A stretch of DNA of 61,629 nucleotides, counting the filler, from Choristocarpus tenellus KU-1152 (Eukaryota; Protista; Phaeophyceae), in NCBI GenBank assembly GCA_964200185.2. It is 9 parts of 9 records of this genome, joined end to end, with 100 filler letters (N's around TTAATTAATTAA, not from the genome) between each part and the next. Parts side by side here need not be neighbours in the genome. Positions count along the whole stretch, not along the records: positions 12,813 to 30,457 come from CAXNAD020000641.1; 8 more parts are not named here. The stretch is one strand, 5' to 3'. The number at the start of each line of letters is the position of its first letter. Position 1 is the stretch's first letter. The notes under the pieces are model-generated. The model saw nothing but the letters and a program-made list of their open reading frames with translations. It had not been told where the DNA came from and ran no database searches. Made by a program: the position numbers and the translations under genes. Shown here piece by piece: positions 13,000 through 25,400 of the stretch.

Positions 13000-15939
13000 T
13001 CTGTGAGGGTCTAGGTTGTGTGTTTGGTGTAGGGAACGATGTTTGGATGTGAACGTATGGTGATGTTGTACAATGATGTAATTGCTTGCCTGCTTGTTCG
13101 TCACTGGTTTCAGGGTAACGCCCTCGGAGTATTTCATGATGTCCAGGTATTTTGTACCTTCCTCCACATCCTCCTTCAACACGAGGTCCCTTTTCACCTG
13201 TGGATTTTATGCGCGATCAGGTCGTTTGTTATGAGGTGACTTGATACGAACTCAAACACGGTGACAGATGAAATGATGAACCTGACACTCCGTTGAGTAC
13301 CTCCTCGCTGAGGATGTATATTTTCTCTTTGGAGGATCCTCTTCTAAAGACCCTGCTGAGGAGTCATCGGCGTAGGGTCTATCCCGAGCTCGTCTTTCCT
13401 TTTGAGGTTGTTCATCATTTGTGTGGCGACCTCCAGGACAGCCCTCTTGATGAGGAGATTCTTCGTGTACATACGTCTTATGTATGCCAATTGGACTTTC
13501 CAGGGTTGAGCTGCCCACTCCTCCTCCGCCTGGGCGGCAGACATAGGGTCTGGATCGCCGACCCCTGGTCTGGTTTTCTTCCCCTTTCCTCTTGTCTTCT
13601 TCTTTCCTTTGTCCTGGTCGGCCGGGGGGCATTTGTTTCGGACGCCCCTTAGATTGTGGGAGAACTGTCATGGAGAAGCAACTGGATAGTGGAAAGGTAA
13701 GTCACATGCATGACATGGGTGTCCATCTCGCGAGGCACGGACTAGATGGTAAAAATCGCCACTGTTGCAGGGTGAGCAGGGGGTAATTGCATATACATCC
13801 ATACGTTACTTGAATCGCCACAGTCAAAGATTGACTAACCCATTCCACTGGAAATGTCTCAGTCCCGACAACATACGCCAACAAGAGCATGTCAGTAGGC
13901 AATGTTTTGGCTGCCAGCTCTGAGAAGACGTGTGCAGCCACCTCGATAATGTCGCGCCAGCGATGGCCTTGGGGAGTCTCCCCTCTGAGAATGGCTAGTT
14001 TGGCTCCAGCGAGGACATCTGTGCACATTCTTGCGAAATACTGCTCCTTGACCTCGTCTGTGAGCTACATCAAATGTGCGATGGTGTGTCGTTAGGAGAG
14101 TACCGGTAGAGAACGAGCTTTGAGGATGTGGAGAATTTAGGGCTAACAGTGAATCGATCAGAGAAGGGTTACCAGGGGATGCGCGTAGTGCAGCAGAACC
14201 CTACGGACTTAGGGTTCTTTGGAAACTGATGGCCTTTACCGTTCGACAGAACATATCAAATTCCTTCATTACTATCCGCCCTATGTCAAGTGTGGCGTCG
14301 TGTGGGGACAACATAGTTGGGAATGATTAACCTACTTCCAACCTGTAGATGTGTGTGAACCCCCCGTTGTTCTTCAGGAATTCGATGGCGGTGTCCGGGT
14401 TAGCGTACCACAGCACGGTGAACATGTGAACCGCTCTAAAGTCGAATTTGTCCTAGTCAGGTGCGCGTTGGTCGTGTGGAGATTAAGGTGACATGACCCG
14501 GACAGAAGAACGTGGGAGCGGGAGTGGGTCTGTTGATTAATGGCGTATGTCATAAGGTTGATAAGGATACACATGTATAAAACGCCAATCAAGCTCAGTA
14601 TGCCAAGGTAGGGGTTATTGCAGTGTTGTTGGACCGCTAGTGATGGGGTATTGGATGTACAAATGTGGGGATGGCTGCACCACGCTTACACTTGACCCGT
14701 TGCGCTTCTTGTGCTCTCTCCACGCACCGAGAAGGATCTCCTCCAGTTCTTTTGTCTCTGGTGGAACATAATGAGGGGAAGAAAGGGATCGGGTTGGTTG
14801 GATCACCGACACGGAATCAATACGGATATGGGCGACGAAAAGTAGGCGATGCTTCTCAATCGTTTCACGAATCGTTTCCTGTGGAAGGAGCCGCGAGAAC
14901 CTCACGTTCTCCCGCGCATATGTACACAAGGGTGGCGATCGCGTGGAGAACTGGACGGAGATTTGGTCGGTGAGTCTACTCGTCCCGGCTTCCATGTGTG
15001 TGTCCTCCCAGGCTTCTTTGAGTAATGCCTTTATCTTGGCAGCTACCCTCCTCATAATAGCCGTCTGTAACGAGGCGTCGGCACTCCGGAAGTCTATGTC
15101 TCTGAGACAGTACTGGTCGCACTTGGTGACCAATGTCGTCATGCGCGTGCGACGACCAGAGTCCTCTTCCGCTTCCTGGACGTAGGGGTGGGACCTGTTG
15201 CAACTGAAGTCACGTCTGTACTACAGGATAGTGGCAACCCAAGACACCATCCAATGGAATATGTCGAGAATGTTGGCTACATGCGACCTACTGGCCGCCA
15301 CACTCTCTCCTATCGAAATGGATTCAGCTTTTTCACGGTTACAGTGTGGATAGATCTTCCACATGAAGGTCCTGTGATGGCCGATCTGGAGGTTTGCTCT
15401 GACGTCCGAGGCCCATCACGTTGTGACGTGGGCCAGGAGGTTGATTCCACATGGGACATTGTTCTCCTTCGCGATGCATTCGATTGCCCTCAGCATCATT
15501 ATGCGTTGTTGTCCATTCAAGCAAAAAAAGAGGTTGTCATTGTCGTCTATGTCCCTATTGTCGCCATCCTCATTTACCTCCAGGTTGCTGCTGGCGATGC
15601 AATTTTCGAGGAGGTCGGCGTCGGGCACATCAGAGGGCACGTTTGCCCTGCGCATGTTGGCTTTGAAGTCGCTTATGGTTTGCCATCTCGAGCAGAGTCA
15701 AAACGGTTGTCCACTCAGGATCCCCACGAACCTATCGGCAGCGACCTGTGGGTCCGGCCCCAGCTTCGAGAACATTGACTCCTCTCTACCATTGTCAAGA
15801 AGGTTGGCGTTGTACCTTTGTGACAAGAAGTCAGATGTGGCCAGGTCCATCCATCGTATGTGTTTCACTGAGGTTTTACGTGATCAAGTCTGTCGTCGTT
15901 TTTTGGTCTTCAGGATTCCTTGAGCCTCCAGCCGACTGT
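13000..15939 (-). pseudogene. Spliced pseudogene with ParB/Srx-like N-terminal domain (probably TE-borne)
   Basis: Exon 15939-14690 reads ~415 codons in one frame with 4 stops and contains FFCLNGQQRIMML and NREKAESISIGE; phase-0 splice (gtaagc / ctaac..tag) to an exon starting at 14064; decayed coding sequence continues to ~13000. Confidence 0.55.
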
Positions 15940-16288
15940 CTGTAAAGGTCGGGGGGAAAATGTGACGGCAACGGTATCAGCAAACGAAAATGATATCGAC
16001 GTAGGGGTGGATGCTATTGTTAGACGATCACAGCAAGGGTGTTTTTGTACAAACAGTGATAGACTATGTGATTAATGATGACGGGATCTGTACGGAGTGC
16101 AAGGTTCATGTCCATGCGTGGGCTATGCAAACGTGATATGAAAAAGGCGTAGCGATGCTGTGGACATGAGGACGGCGTAGAGCTTTCCTTGAAGGCCGCT
16201 ATTTGCTAACATGTATCGAACGGTAAACCCCGTTGACATGGGGTGAATACTGAATATTAGAACACACCAATACCGTACGCAGACGGGA

Positions 16289-16970
16289 AGGATTTACGCG
16301 CCGACCAAGGTAACATGTAGAGAGGGCAATCATGCACAGATTTGTGCTTGATATAGGGCAGACAGTAATGAATGAATTCGATGTGTTCTGTCGAACGGTA
16401 AAGGCCATCAATTTCCAAAGTACGGCAAGACGGTTGGGTATGTGTGTGTCGATTTGAAACAGTAATCCTGAGCAGGAAAACAATACGTCGAATCGAAAAA
16501 AGTGAAAGATGAAGATGAAAGGAACTTACGCGCCGACTCGGGTTAGATGTCGGGAGGGCAACCATGCATAGGTTTATGCTTGACCTATGGCAGACAGTAA
16601 TGAACGAATTTGATGTGTTCTGTCGAACGGTAAAGGCCATCAATTTCCAAAGTGCGGCAAGTCGGTTGGGGGTGCGTGTATCCATTTGAAATGTGAACAA
16701 CCTGAGCAGGAAAAAATTACGTCGAACCGCCAAAGTGAAAGATGAAGATGAAAGGAATTAACGTGCCGACGCGGGCTGGATGTCGGGAGGGCAACCATGC
16801 GTAGGTTTGTGCTTCAAATATGGCAGATAGTAATGAATGAGGTTGATGTGTTCTGTTGAACGGTAAAGCCCATCAAATTCCAAAGCGCGGCAAGACGGTT
16901 GGTGGGTGTGTATGTCGATTTGAAGCAAGAATCCTGAGCAGGAAAACATTACGTCGAACCACAGAAGTGA
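16289..16970. repeat. ~233-bp tandem repeat x3, with degenerate partial copies on each side
   Basis: Units start at ~16289, 16521, 16754; shared core GATGTGTTCTGTCGAACGGTAAAGGCCATCAATTTCCAAAG; inverted core copy at 14219-14290. Confidence 0.92.
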
Positions 16971-17279
16971 TATCATGAATGGACCAGTTTGATACGTACA
17001 TGTCCATCTTGGAACGCACTTCTAAGCAAAAATTTGGTACCTTCTGTCGGTCAGTAGAAGCGATCAAATTCAAAGTATAGAGTTAGCGAGGTTTTTGGAC
17101 TAAGATACGCATGCATGATGATACCATCGTGTGAGTTGTATCGAGATTGCATTGCAACACGATACAAACCTTATCGGAAAGGTTCCAATGGTACCGGAGC
17201 CCTTACACGTGTGTATCAAAGATGTCACCACGTTACACTAGACAGACGGATGTTGTGGTGCGTGTAATTGTATCGTGGA

Positions 17280-17701
17280 ATCTTGCTTCTATTTCGGATC
17301 AGTTGTCTGATTACTCCCAACATATGCGAGTGCAACAATACAAACACTGCAAATCCCGCCTCCCCAAAGGACACGCCGCCATATCCATGGACTTAGCGCC
17401 CACCTGCAACACATCCACAAGACTTGACACAACAAGAGTTCTTCAGTCTATTCCTTACGGCGCTTCTGACCAATGTCTGGTGGTCGAGGGATTTCAGAGA
17501 AGAGGGAAATCTTGGGAAGGGAAGGGTTTGGGCTCACAGCATGACGGTGTCCAGTGAAGACCGAAGCCAAGACAACGAGTTCGTCCTGAACACCGTGGAG
17601 ATGTTTGTGAAAGACCACCTAATACCTATAGCCAGTGAATACGGACAGACCCTAGAAGTCCTCCACATCTGATCCGATGGCTGCGGGAGTCAATTCAAGA
17701 A
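17280..17701 (+). pseudogene. Sola2-type DDE transposase, catalytic-core fragment
   Basis: HAAISMDLA (DFAEN-equivalent), frameshift, TQQEFFS...SEDRSQD...LHI*SDGCGSQFK matching the Sola2 HxxSDGxxxQF/YK motif; cut by a MITE at 17702. Confidence 0.75.
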
Positions 17702-17959
17702 GAGTGAAAGTATCTCAGAGGGTACGAGTTTTGTCCTGTTTGTCCATTTGGGGCTTGGCTTCCCTCGGCGTTTTTTATGACATTTTCCTACTCCAAAATG
17801 TTTTGGAGTAGGTAAAATATATATGTTACGAAAAGGTGCGTCCGGAACAAGGATACTGACACTTCCTAACAATCACCATAGCCAAAATTACATCAAAATC
17901 TCAACATTGGATTTTGAACCCAAATGGACGCGGCCCTACCCTCTAAGATACTTTGGCTC
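17702..17959 (+). mobile_element. MITE family A, copy 2
   Basis: GAGTGAAAGTATCTCAGAGGGTA...TACCCTCTAAGATACTTTGGCTC; flanks GAA/TAA. Confidence 0.9.
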
Positions 17960-18038
17960 TAATGCAATATCTCAAATACAGCGCAACCTTCAGATACAGC
18001 ATACAGGCAGACCACCACCTGTGGTTAAGATGTCTCAC

Positions 18039-21000
18039 CTTTGCTATCCTAAGCTCTCGGCGTAGCCTTCGCTCTTCACACTCTTGAGAGCCACCTTTGC
18101 TCATTACCATCTCTGCTTCTCCGGGGTGCTTGCCCTGCACACGGTATGCTAGTCGTGCAGATGGTAATGGAGATGGGAGCATCCTCCCTTCCCCACTGCA
18201 TTGGGAACCATGCAACGCAGAGTTTTGAGTCAGTCCTGGGACAGCTGGAAATGAAACCCCCTCTGCCATTATTTTATCTGTTTTTGCATCTTTTGGCAGG
18301 AGTGACTCAGGTCCATGACCACAAAGTTGTGGGGAGGTAAGGCCATTACAACCTTGTGACAACTTGTTGTTTACAGTGTTGCCTGTGCATGTACCCTGTG
18401 CCGGCAATCCCTCAGTACATTCATTGGCGTGGACAGAGGGATCATGGGTTGATTGTGCCGGTGGGATAAGCTGCCTATGGTCATTTCCTCCATGTACAAA
18501 GGCACCTGCATGGTTCCCAGTAGTCATAGCACCAACCCTTTCGACTATTTGATGTATTCGTTGCTGTAGTTCGTCTTCCTCAATTTCAAAGCGAAAAAAA
18601 CATCGGAGGTCACTGATGATCTCCTTCATCGCCGCCTCCAATCCCCTGTTTGCTGCCTGTAAGGCCTCAGGGGTATTCCTGATGTCTTGGTGAGTACCTA
18701 AGTTAGCTACAGCCGCTGCGAGTTGAACTCTCAGGTGCTCATTCTCTTGTAAAAGGTGGGAAGTCTCCTCCTGGTGATGCATAACCTGAGCTCCAGAAAG
18801 TGCAACAGATGCTACATCTTCAAGGGAGCCACTCTCTCTCCGTTTTGTGATGTCACGTAAGACACCACGCAAGTGCTTGACTTCTTCCTGAAGGCGAACA
18901 ACTAATTCATAATCCACTGGACGGTGCTCATTGACTCGCACATATGCCATAACCTGCTTGGCACAGTCAGCAAAACGCAGAGTAGATATAGTTTCCTCTA
19001 GGCAATGGCTTGCTGGTGACAATGTTGCTATGACTCGTGTCCGTGTGTTGCCCCCCAGAGAATCCTGCAACAGACGAGTCAGCTTAGATTCACGGTAGGG
19101 CACATGTGGACGCAACCCACAGTGCTTTCCACCACCACCCTTGCTGCTGCCATCTTGGGTGCTCAGAGCTGCAATGACACGCCCCAACGTGTAGAGTGAC
19201 ACGTTGATGTTGTTCATCTCATTTACTTGGGCTTCCTCCATGTCCTGACCGAGGTCCCACTTCTCAGACCTGAGCCAGTGATCCACAGTAAGTGGAAGTG
19301 CCGTTCAGATCTTGTCTAGAGTTGATTGACACGAGCTAGGACTACGGCCCAGTGCAACCCTACAACTCAATTCCCATCTCTTATGGATACAATATTTCTA
19401 TTTGAAATATGTGTTGACTATTTGAGGAAAGAGGGGTGCAAAAAGGTATCCTTTACCCCGCCAGGTCAACCAGGTTGAATTTAGATCGTAGCACTCGCTC
19501 CCCACCCTCTTCACTCTGGTACTTTTGTTCCACGATAACTTGGAATATGCTGTGACTCCTGCTTGATGCCTGGTTCATGTGAGTCTCTCGTATGGCCCTG
19601 AAACACAAACAAGGATAGATTTCTGCGTGCTGGGAAAAGGAAAATAGAAAAAGAGCATAAACTCCAATGTATACATTTTACCATTCGCGTGCCTTCCTTG
19701 CACAGTTATTGAAATACACATAACATAATGTGCTTTACATATGCTGACCTGCAGGGTTACTACATGATATAGGACAGAAATCATGAATCTACACTCTGCA
19801 TAACTCATACCTTGTCCATGGGATCCCCCTATCCATATAGAGGTTGGTAGCTCAGCCCCAACAATAACCCTTAACTCCAAGTCTTAGTTATAGAGTATTA
19901 TCAGCAGAGAATGAACTCTGCATCAATTGCTCATAGTCTAATCAAGTATCCCTCTACATATTTCTCCAGACTCAGGCATCAACTTAGCAAAAAAATGAGT
20001 ATTGCTCGCTTTCACCACACCTAGTTTATTCCACAATCCACTTTTAGGCTTATCAGTGCCCAAACCTAATCCCATACCCAATCCCGAGAAAGAAAAAGTA
20101 CCTACAAGATTTGGACCACTGGCTAGATCTTTGCAGATAATCATACAACCATTCTTACCTGTGCTCGCTGCCCACACGCAAGAGCTCAAGACATTCGCCA
20201 GCGTTGTGCATAGCATACTCACTGAGCCCCTGTACATAAATGCCAGCCTCTCGTTCCTCATGAATTGTTAGAGGGTGAGCTCTCTGAGGGTCTCTCAGCA
20301 TGTCATACAGCTGTTCATTATAGATCTGGACAAGGCTGCACCACACAGAAGCCTGGTTTCCTTTTTTTGGGCTCCATCCTCTATCTACATTTAGGGTTGC
20401 CTGACACACAGCACAGATATTTTGTGATCCCATATGTGAAGGGCAGCAAACTCTTACGAAGTATCAGGAAGTAAATGATAGGACATACTGCTGTATCACT
20501 CTTTCACCTTCTGAAGAATATAAGTATTACCTTGCCAGTATGTGATGAGCTTCCCTGACTCTCAAACTGTGATGGGAACTAACCCTCCGATATGAGACAT
20601 GATGGTACTATGAAATCGAGCATCACTGTTATTCAGAAATGTGCAAGTAGTATGGATGCAAGCAGGGGTAGTAAATTGTTTCCATTGAGTTCTTACTTGT
20701 GGACATGTTGTGACAACAATGGTGTTTTCTAGAAATATAAAACTATGATGTAAAATTTGTATTAAAACAGATGTTGCAGAAAAGTTGTAGAAACCTAGAG
20801 AGTTGGGTGAAGAAATGTGAAGCACTCTGGCTGCTTCTGCACTGTGAAGCAGATAGGAAATGACCTCTTGTACGATCAAGCAGGCATGTACTTCCCCGCT
20901 TGGTGAGTCAAGTATATTTCGAATCAAGGAGAAAACTGTTGTGATTAGTGGAGGACTACAACAACAAGAACTAGTGCTGCTGGCATCACTACCCGATGTA

Positions 21001-21754
21001 CCCTCTCCCCCTCTGGTCGACTCACCCCCAACAACTCAACATAGCTACTATATGTAGTTCTCGGACCTGGTTTCGACTTCAAAAGTTAAACGAAGATCTA
21101 AGGCTCTTGGACGGAGCTCAACTCGAGGATTTTCATTTATAGACTGATGAGAAGCTGGCCGTCCTCGTATAAAAAAAAGCACGAGCCAGAAAAAAGGATT
21201 TTTTCAAATGCTTCTGTTCTGTTGTTGTTCGCATCATGTTTACAGCTTCTATTTGAAAAGAAATATATCCTCACCAGGCCTTGGAAGACATCGTTGACAG
21301 CGAGAGGAATTACTCCTGCTCCCGATACCCCTCCTCCTCGGTCCGAGCTGACATCATTGTGGAGGCCAAACATTGTGTAGGTCTTTCCACTCCCAGTTTG
21401 GCCATATGCGAAGATAGTGCTGTTGAGTCCTTGGAGGACGCCAGAGGCGCATTCCCGCACCTGTGCGTACATTTCCTCTTGGGTAGTGTTCACGCCAAGT
21501 ACTGCATCGTAGCGGCATTGAAGCTGACGATTGGGAGCCATTCCATTAACGCGAATCAGCCTCTCGTCCTCGCCAACCTCAACTACCTTGATTGCCTGTC
21601 GATCTTGACCCACCTCAGATGGCAGGAGAGGTCGAATTCGCACGATCACTTTGATACTTTCTTTGCATCCCCCCAATCCCTCTCCTGTGATGTCGTGTTC
21701 CTCGCGAAGGTTGTCCGCCAGGAGTCGAGCTTCGTCGCATCGACCATCTTCCAT
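18039..21754 (-). CDS. Kinesin motor protein (N-terminal motor plus coiled coil); 3' end not found
   Basis: Exons 21754-21275, 20352-20159, 19597-19457, 19269-18039: IKVIVRIRP, P-loop GQTGSGKT, switch I SSRSH, switch II DLAGSE, HVPYRESKLTRLLQDSLGGN. Confidence 0.95.
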
Positions 21755-22461
21755 ATCTTTGTGTAAGATTTTTATGCAACAACCAGAATTGTTTGTTGTA
21801 TGTTCGGATAGTGACTTGCCTTCCTGTATGATGTATTCAACAAGTGCACACGTGTGTTGGACTGTTGGATCCGACCAAGTCGAACCACACCTGAAGCAAT
21901 AGTTTGGGCCGGACATGAACAACGAGTGTGTAGTGAGAAACGGGGTCAAGAATTGAAGAGACAAATTATTTGTTTATTTGTACAAACCTAGAGTTTCTAC
22001 CCCCTACATAACACATAGATATCTATAATAGATAGGGGGCACAGGAAGGCAGTAGTAGTACAATATTGATAGTGGTGAAGTAACAAAATAAAGTAGTGTT
22101 TTTCACATTTATGATATTTTATTTCTTTCGGGCTTACACTGTCATACTATGTATAGTTTTCATTTGTTTCCCCCCTGACACATCTACAAAATGTCAGAGG
22201 GCATAATAATACATAAATACGGTGTCAGGTCTTGTGATAGTTTAGAAATGTCTACCCCACACACATATATGAAACTGCCATATTAAACTTAGTTTGTATA
22301 TTGTGTTGTAGTGTTGCGGTATGGAAAGAATACATACATATATATTGAGAGTAAGTGGGAACCGTCCAGGGAACCGGCAAGTACTGGATTACCTTTTATG
22401 TCACTGAAATGAAGTAAAAATAAAAAGGTTGAAATAGGATGGAGTACATCAGATCAAAGAC

Positions 22462-25400
22462 ATGGAAGGTGGGGTTGATTTAGGGTCACTTCGCCAATTC
22501 CACCTTCTTCACAAGCTCAAGGATGTGATAGGATGCCCAACTTACGCCCACCACGCCGACTATCGAAACTTGGTGAAGTTCCTCGAACACCTTTCAGAGG
22601 TAGGAAACAATGACCGTCTGCAAGATGTCCGAGAATACTTGTGATATACAGTCCAACACACACTGATCAGACTAAGTGCTGCTCCCTCTGCCCGCTCCCA
22701 TCCCCCCTCTACCCCAGGCAGTCCGATGCCCTATCTACGGCGGAATGGGAAATCTCATCGGCACTTTTGGACCGTTTGTTGGATCTGAAGGAGGCGGCGA
22801 GCGACGAAGAAATGGATTTACTACTAGCATGGTTCAGACAAGTCAGAGAGAGGTTGTTTTCCTCATCCACTTCTCTGCCTTGCGAACATGAGGACATTGG
22901 GATGGAATGCTCCAAGGGCCAGGGCCATTGCCCGCATTTGAGGCATCTTATCGACCTTCTTCTGACCGAGGACAGTAGTTACGGGCTTTGTAGTCAGCTT
23001 TCCGGCGAGTTGGATCACAAGAAAGCTTGGAGTCCTCAGCGAGTATACACATCCATTGGGGGGATATATGTGGAGAAGATTAAGATGGATATCGAAGCAA
23101 ATGCCAAGGGCCAAGACCCGATGTCAGTGCGTGCAATTCTGTACTACTTTTTATATTTTTGGTATTTACTCCATTGCTTTCAACTCGTTTCAGCTCCACC
23201 TAAGTCAGCAAGTATTTTTAGAAAACCCCCGACTGAATTGTAGATACTCCAGCGTACTAGATCCTGAAGTACGACGAAGTAACTTGTAAAGTAAGATAAG
23301 CCTGTTTCTTTGTTTGAAGGACCTCAACCATTAATGATACTGTATTTAGTTATCTTCCTTTGTTCAGCATTTGACAGATAGAGCAGTACAAAAATATAAG
23401 CAAAAATTGATATCCACCAAGGAGGCGTATGTGCTAGTATGAGCCCCTCAGTGACCCAAATATGTTGCTTCCAGAAGCAGGGCAGGTAAGGCAATTACTT
23501 ATGTGTTGATTGAGACCAAGGTGACTGAGTCTTTTTTTTTCTTCCTTCTGCCATCAATAGGGGTCAGTTCATACTACGAGTGGTCAAAAAATGGACATAG
23601 TGTCGGACAAAAATGTAACAAATTATATTTATTACGCTAATTGAACCAAGCCAATTGAGTGGATTGAGTGGCAGGCAGATTTGGATCCTTTTGCATTCTC
23701 ATTGTCTTTATTACCCTGTGCAATACACACTAGTTCATTTTTTTAAGTGCACAATTAGAGTACACAAAATTGATATCCCTCCTTTCCACACACAAAGTGC
23801 CACCACAATTCACCAAATGCTCTTTCTAGAATTGTACAAAATGACACCTATGTGCTCTTTCTTGGGATCCTTAGAATGCAATCGTGCCTACCTCTCACTT
23901 GCTTTGACTCATTGTAAGAGTGAGTGCTACTGTTGTTGTTGGCAGCAAGAAACTCTGCCTAAATATGATATTTCATGCCGATTTTTCATTTCCACAATTG
24001 GTATTTCATCTAATGCTTGGGACCTTAGAGCTGTTCCAGCACAAAATAATATATCACATTCCTAATTGTTCCCTTTCCACATTTGATGATTGCGTTCCTC
24101 CAACTTCCGTTCTCCATTGTGCTCAATAGTAGCTAAAACAATGATGATGTAATTGTCTCATCCTTTCCCCATGTCCATTTGGTTCTGTCTGCTGCGTTTG
24201 GTGACAAGCTTGTTGAGAGCATACCAGCTATTTTCAATAGAGTATTTGTGATACCTGCTGTGAGTCAATCTCAAGTGTATGCTCTTTGTGCTGGAGTGGT
24301 CAAGCACCAGCAGCACGGAGAAGATCTTGGATTGCGAATCAAGACATTTGGTACTGTCACAGGGATTTTACATCTAAGTAACAACGACATGATGAGCCAC
24401 CTTGGTTGTCACCCGGCTGCTGGCGATTTTCTTCTCAAGGCCCTGCAGGTGTGATTTATGACATTATGGGACAAGAAATATCTCGGTGCATGCATTAGGT
24501 GTACTGTGGTACCCACCCATACAACTTTCTCTATACTTCCAGCACCTGCTCTTTAAAAGAAAATTATATATTTTTAGACTGTTATGTTTCTTCATAAATG
24601 GTCATCTCAATCATGATATAGTGTATGTACTCACGGGTTGGTTAACATCGAAAACAATCTTTCCACAGATTGCAGTGCCAGAAGACAGCATGGTAAGGAC
24701 ATTGGCCACACCAACCAGTCGCCCTGACTTCTGTATTAAGGGAAACATCATTAGGCATATTGGAAAACATCTTTTTGAGCCGCTCTTTGCAAAGCTGGGA
24801 CAAGCAAAGGGTGTAGCAGGAGCAACTAATGAAGTAACAGCACCAGACAATACAGGAGGGGTAGCACACAGAAACAGCACGGGTGGTGTCCGCAATGTAG
24901 ACCTCGCACTGAGGCTGATGTTGGGATTGCCGAGGGAGTTGGGCAAGACAGCCCATGGAGGAAGTGGATATGGTCAGGAGTACAAGCTCCCAAAGTGGCG
25001 TGCAGAGCTCAAGAGAAATCTCAATAGAACTTGTCTGTCAGTGGATGTCTACCTGTATAGGGTATTGACTGTATGGTGCATTGCTCACGGACAACACCTT
25101 GGGTGGACGGAAGGATGGACCTTCACAGTAGGCATGGTCAAAGGGACGACTCCTGAAGTTCACCATCTGGTCAGAAGGAAAGAGCAAAAAGGTATTAAGG
25201 ACCAACACCCCTCAAAACCCCATACATACAGAGGGCACAAACCAAAGAGCGGTGGTCATCTAGGAGTGTCTCCACTACTTCACATAGGGCGACAAAGTAC
25301 CGAGCACTCAAACAGTCCATCTCAGCGGGAAATTTATCTCTCTCACTCTGACAACATTAGGGTATTGGATTTCAAGGAGGATTCACTCCCAGCAACAGGA

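Noticed and set aside
15188-15923. Plus-strand ORFs of 196 and 166 aa
   Set aside because: Antisense shadows of the minus-strand ParB-like pseudogene
16289-16970. Protein-coding repeat ORFs or CRISPR
   Set aside because: Period 232-233 is not a multiple of 3 and whole units are homologous, so there are no unique spacers
22462-23290. Bub1/Mad3 orthologue
   Set aside because: GQDPMS only weakly recalls the TPR GDDPL; no KEN box, TPR continuation or kinase visible
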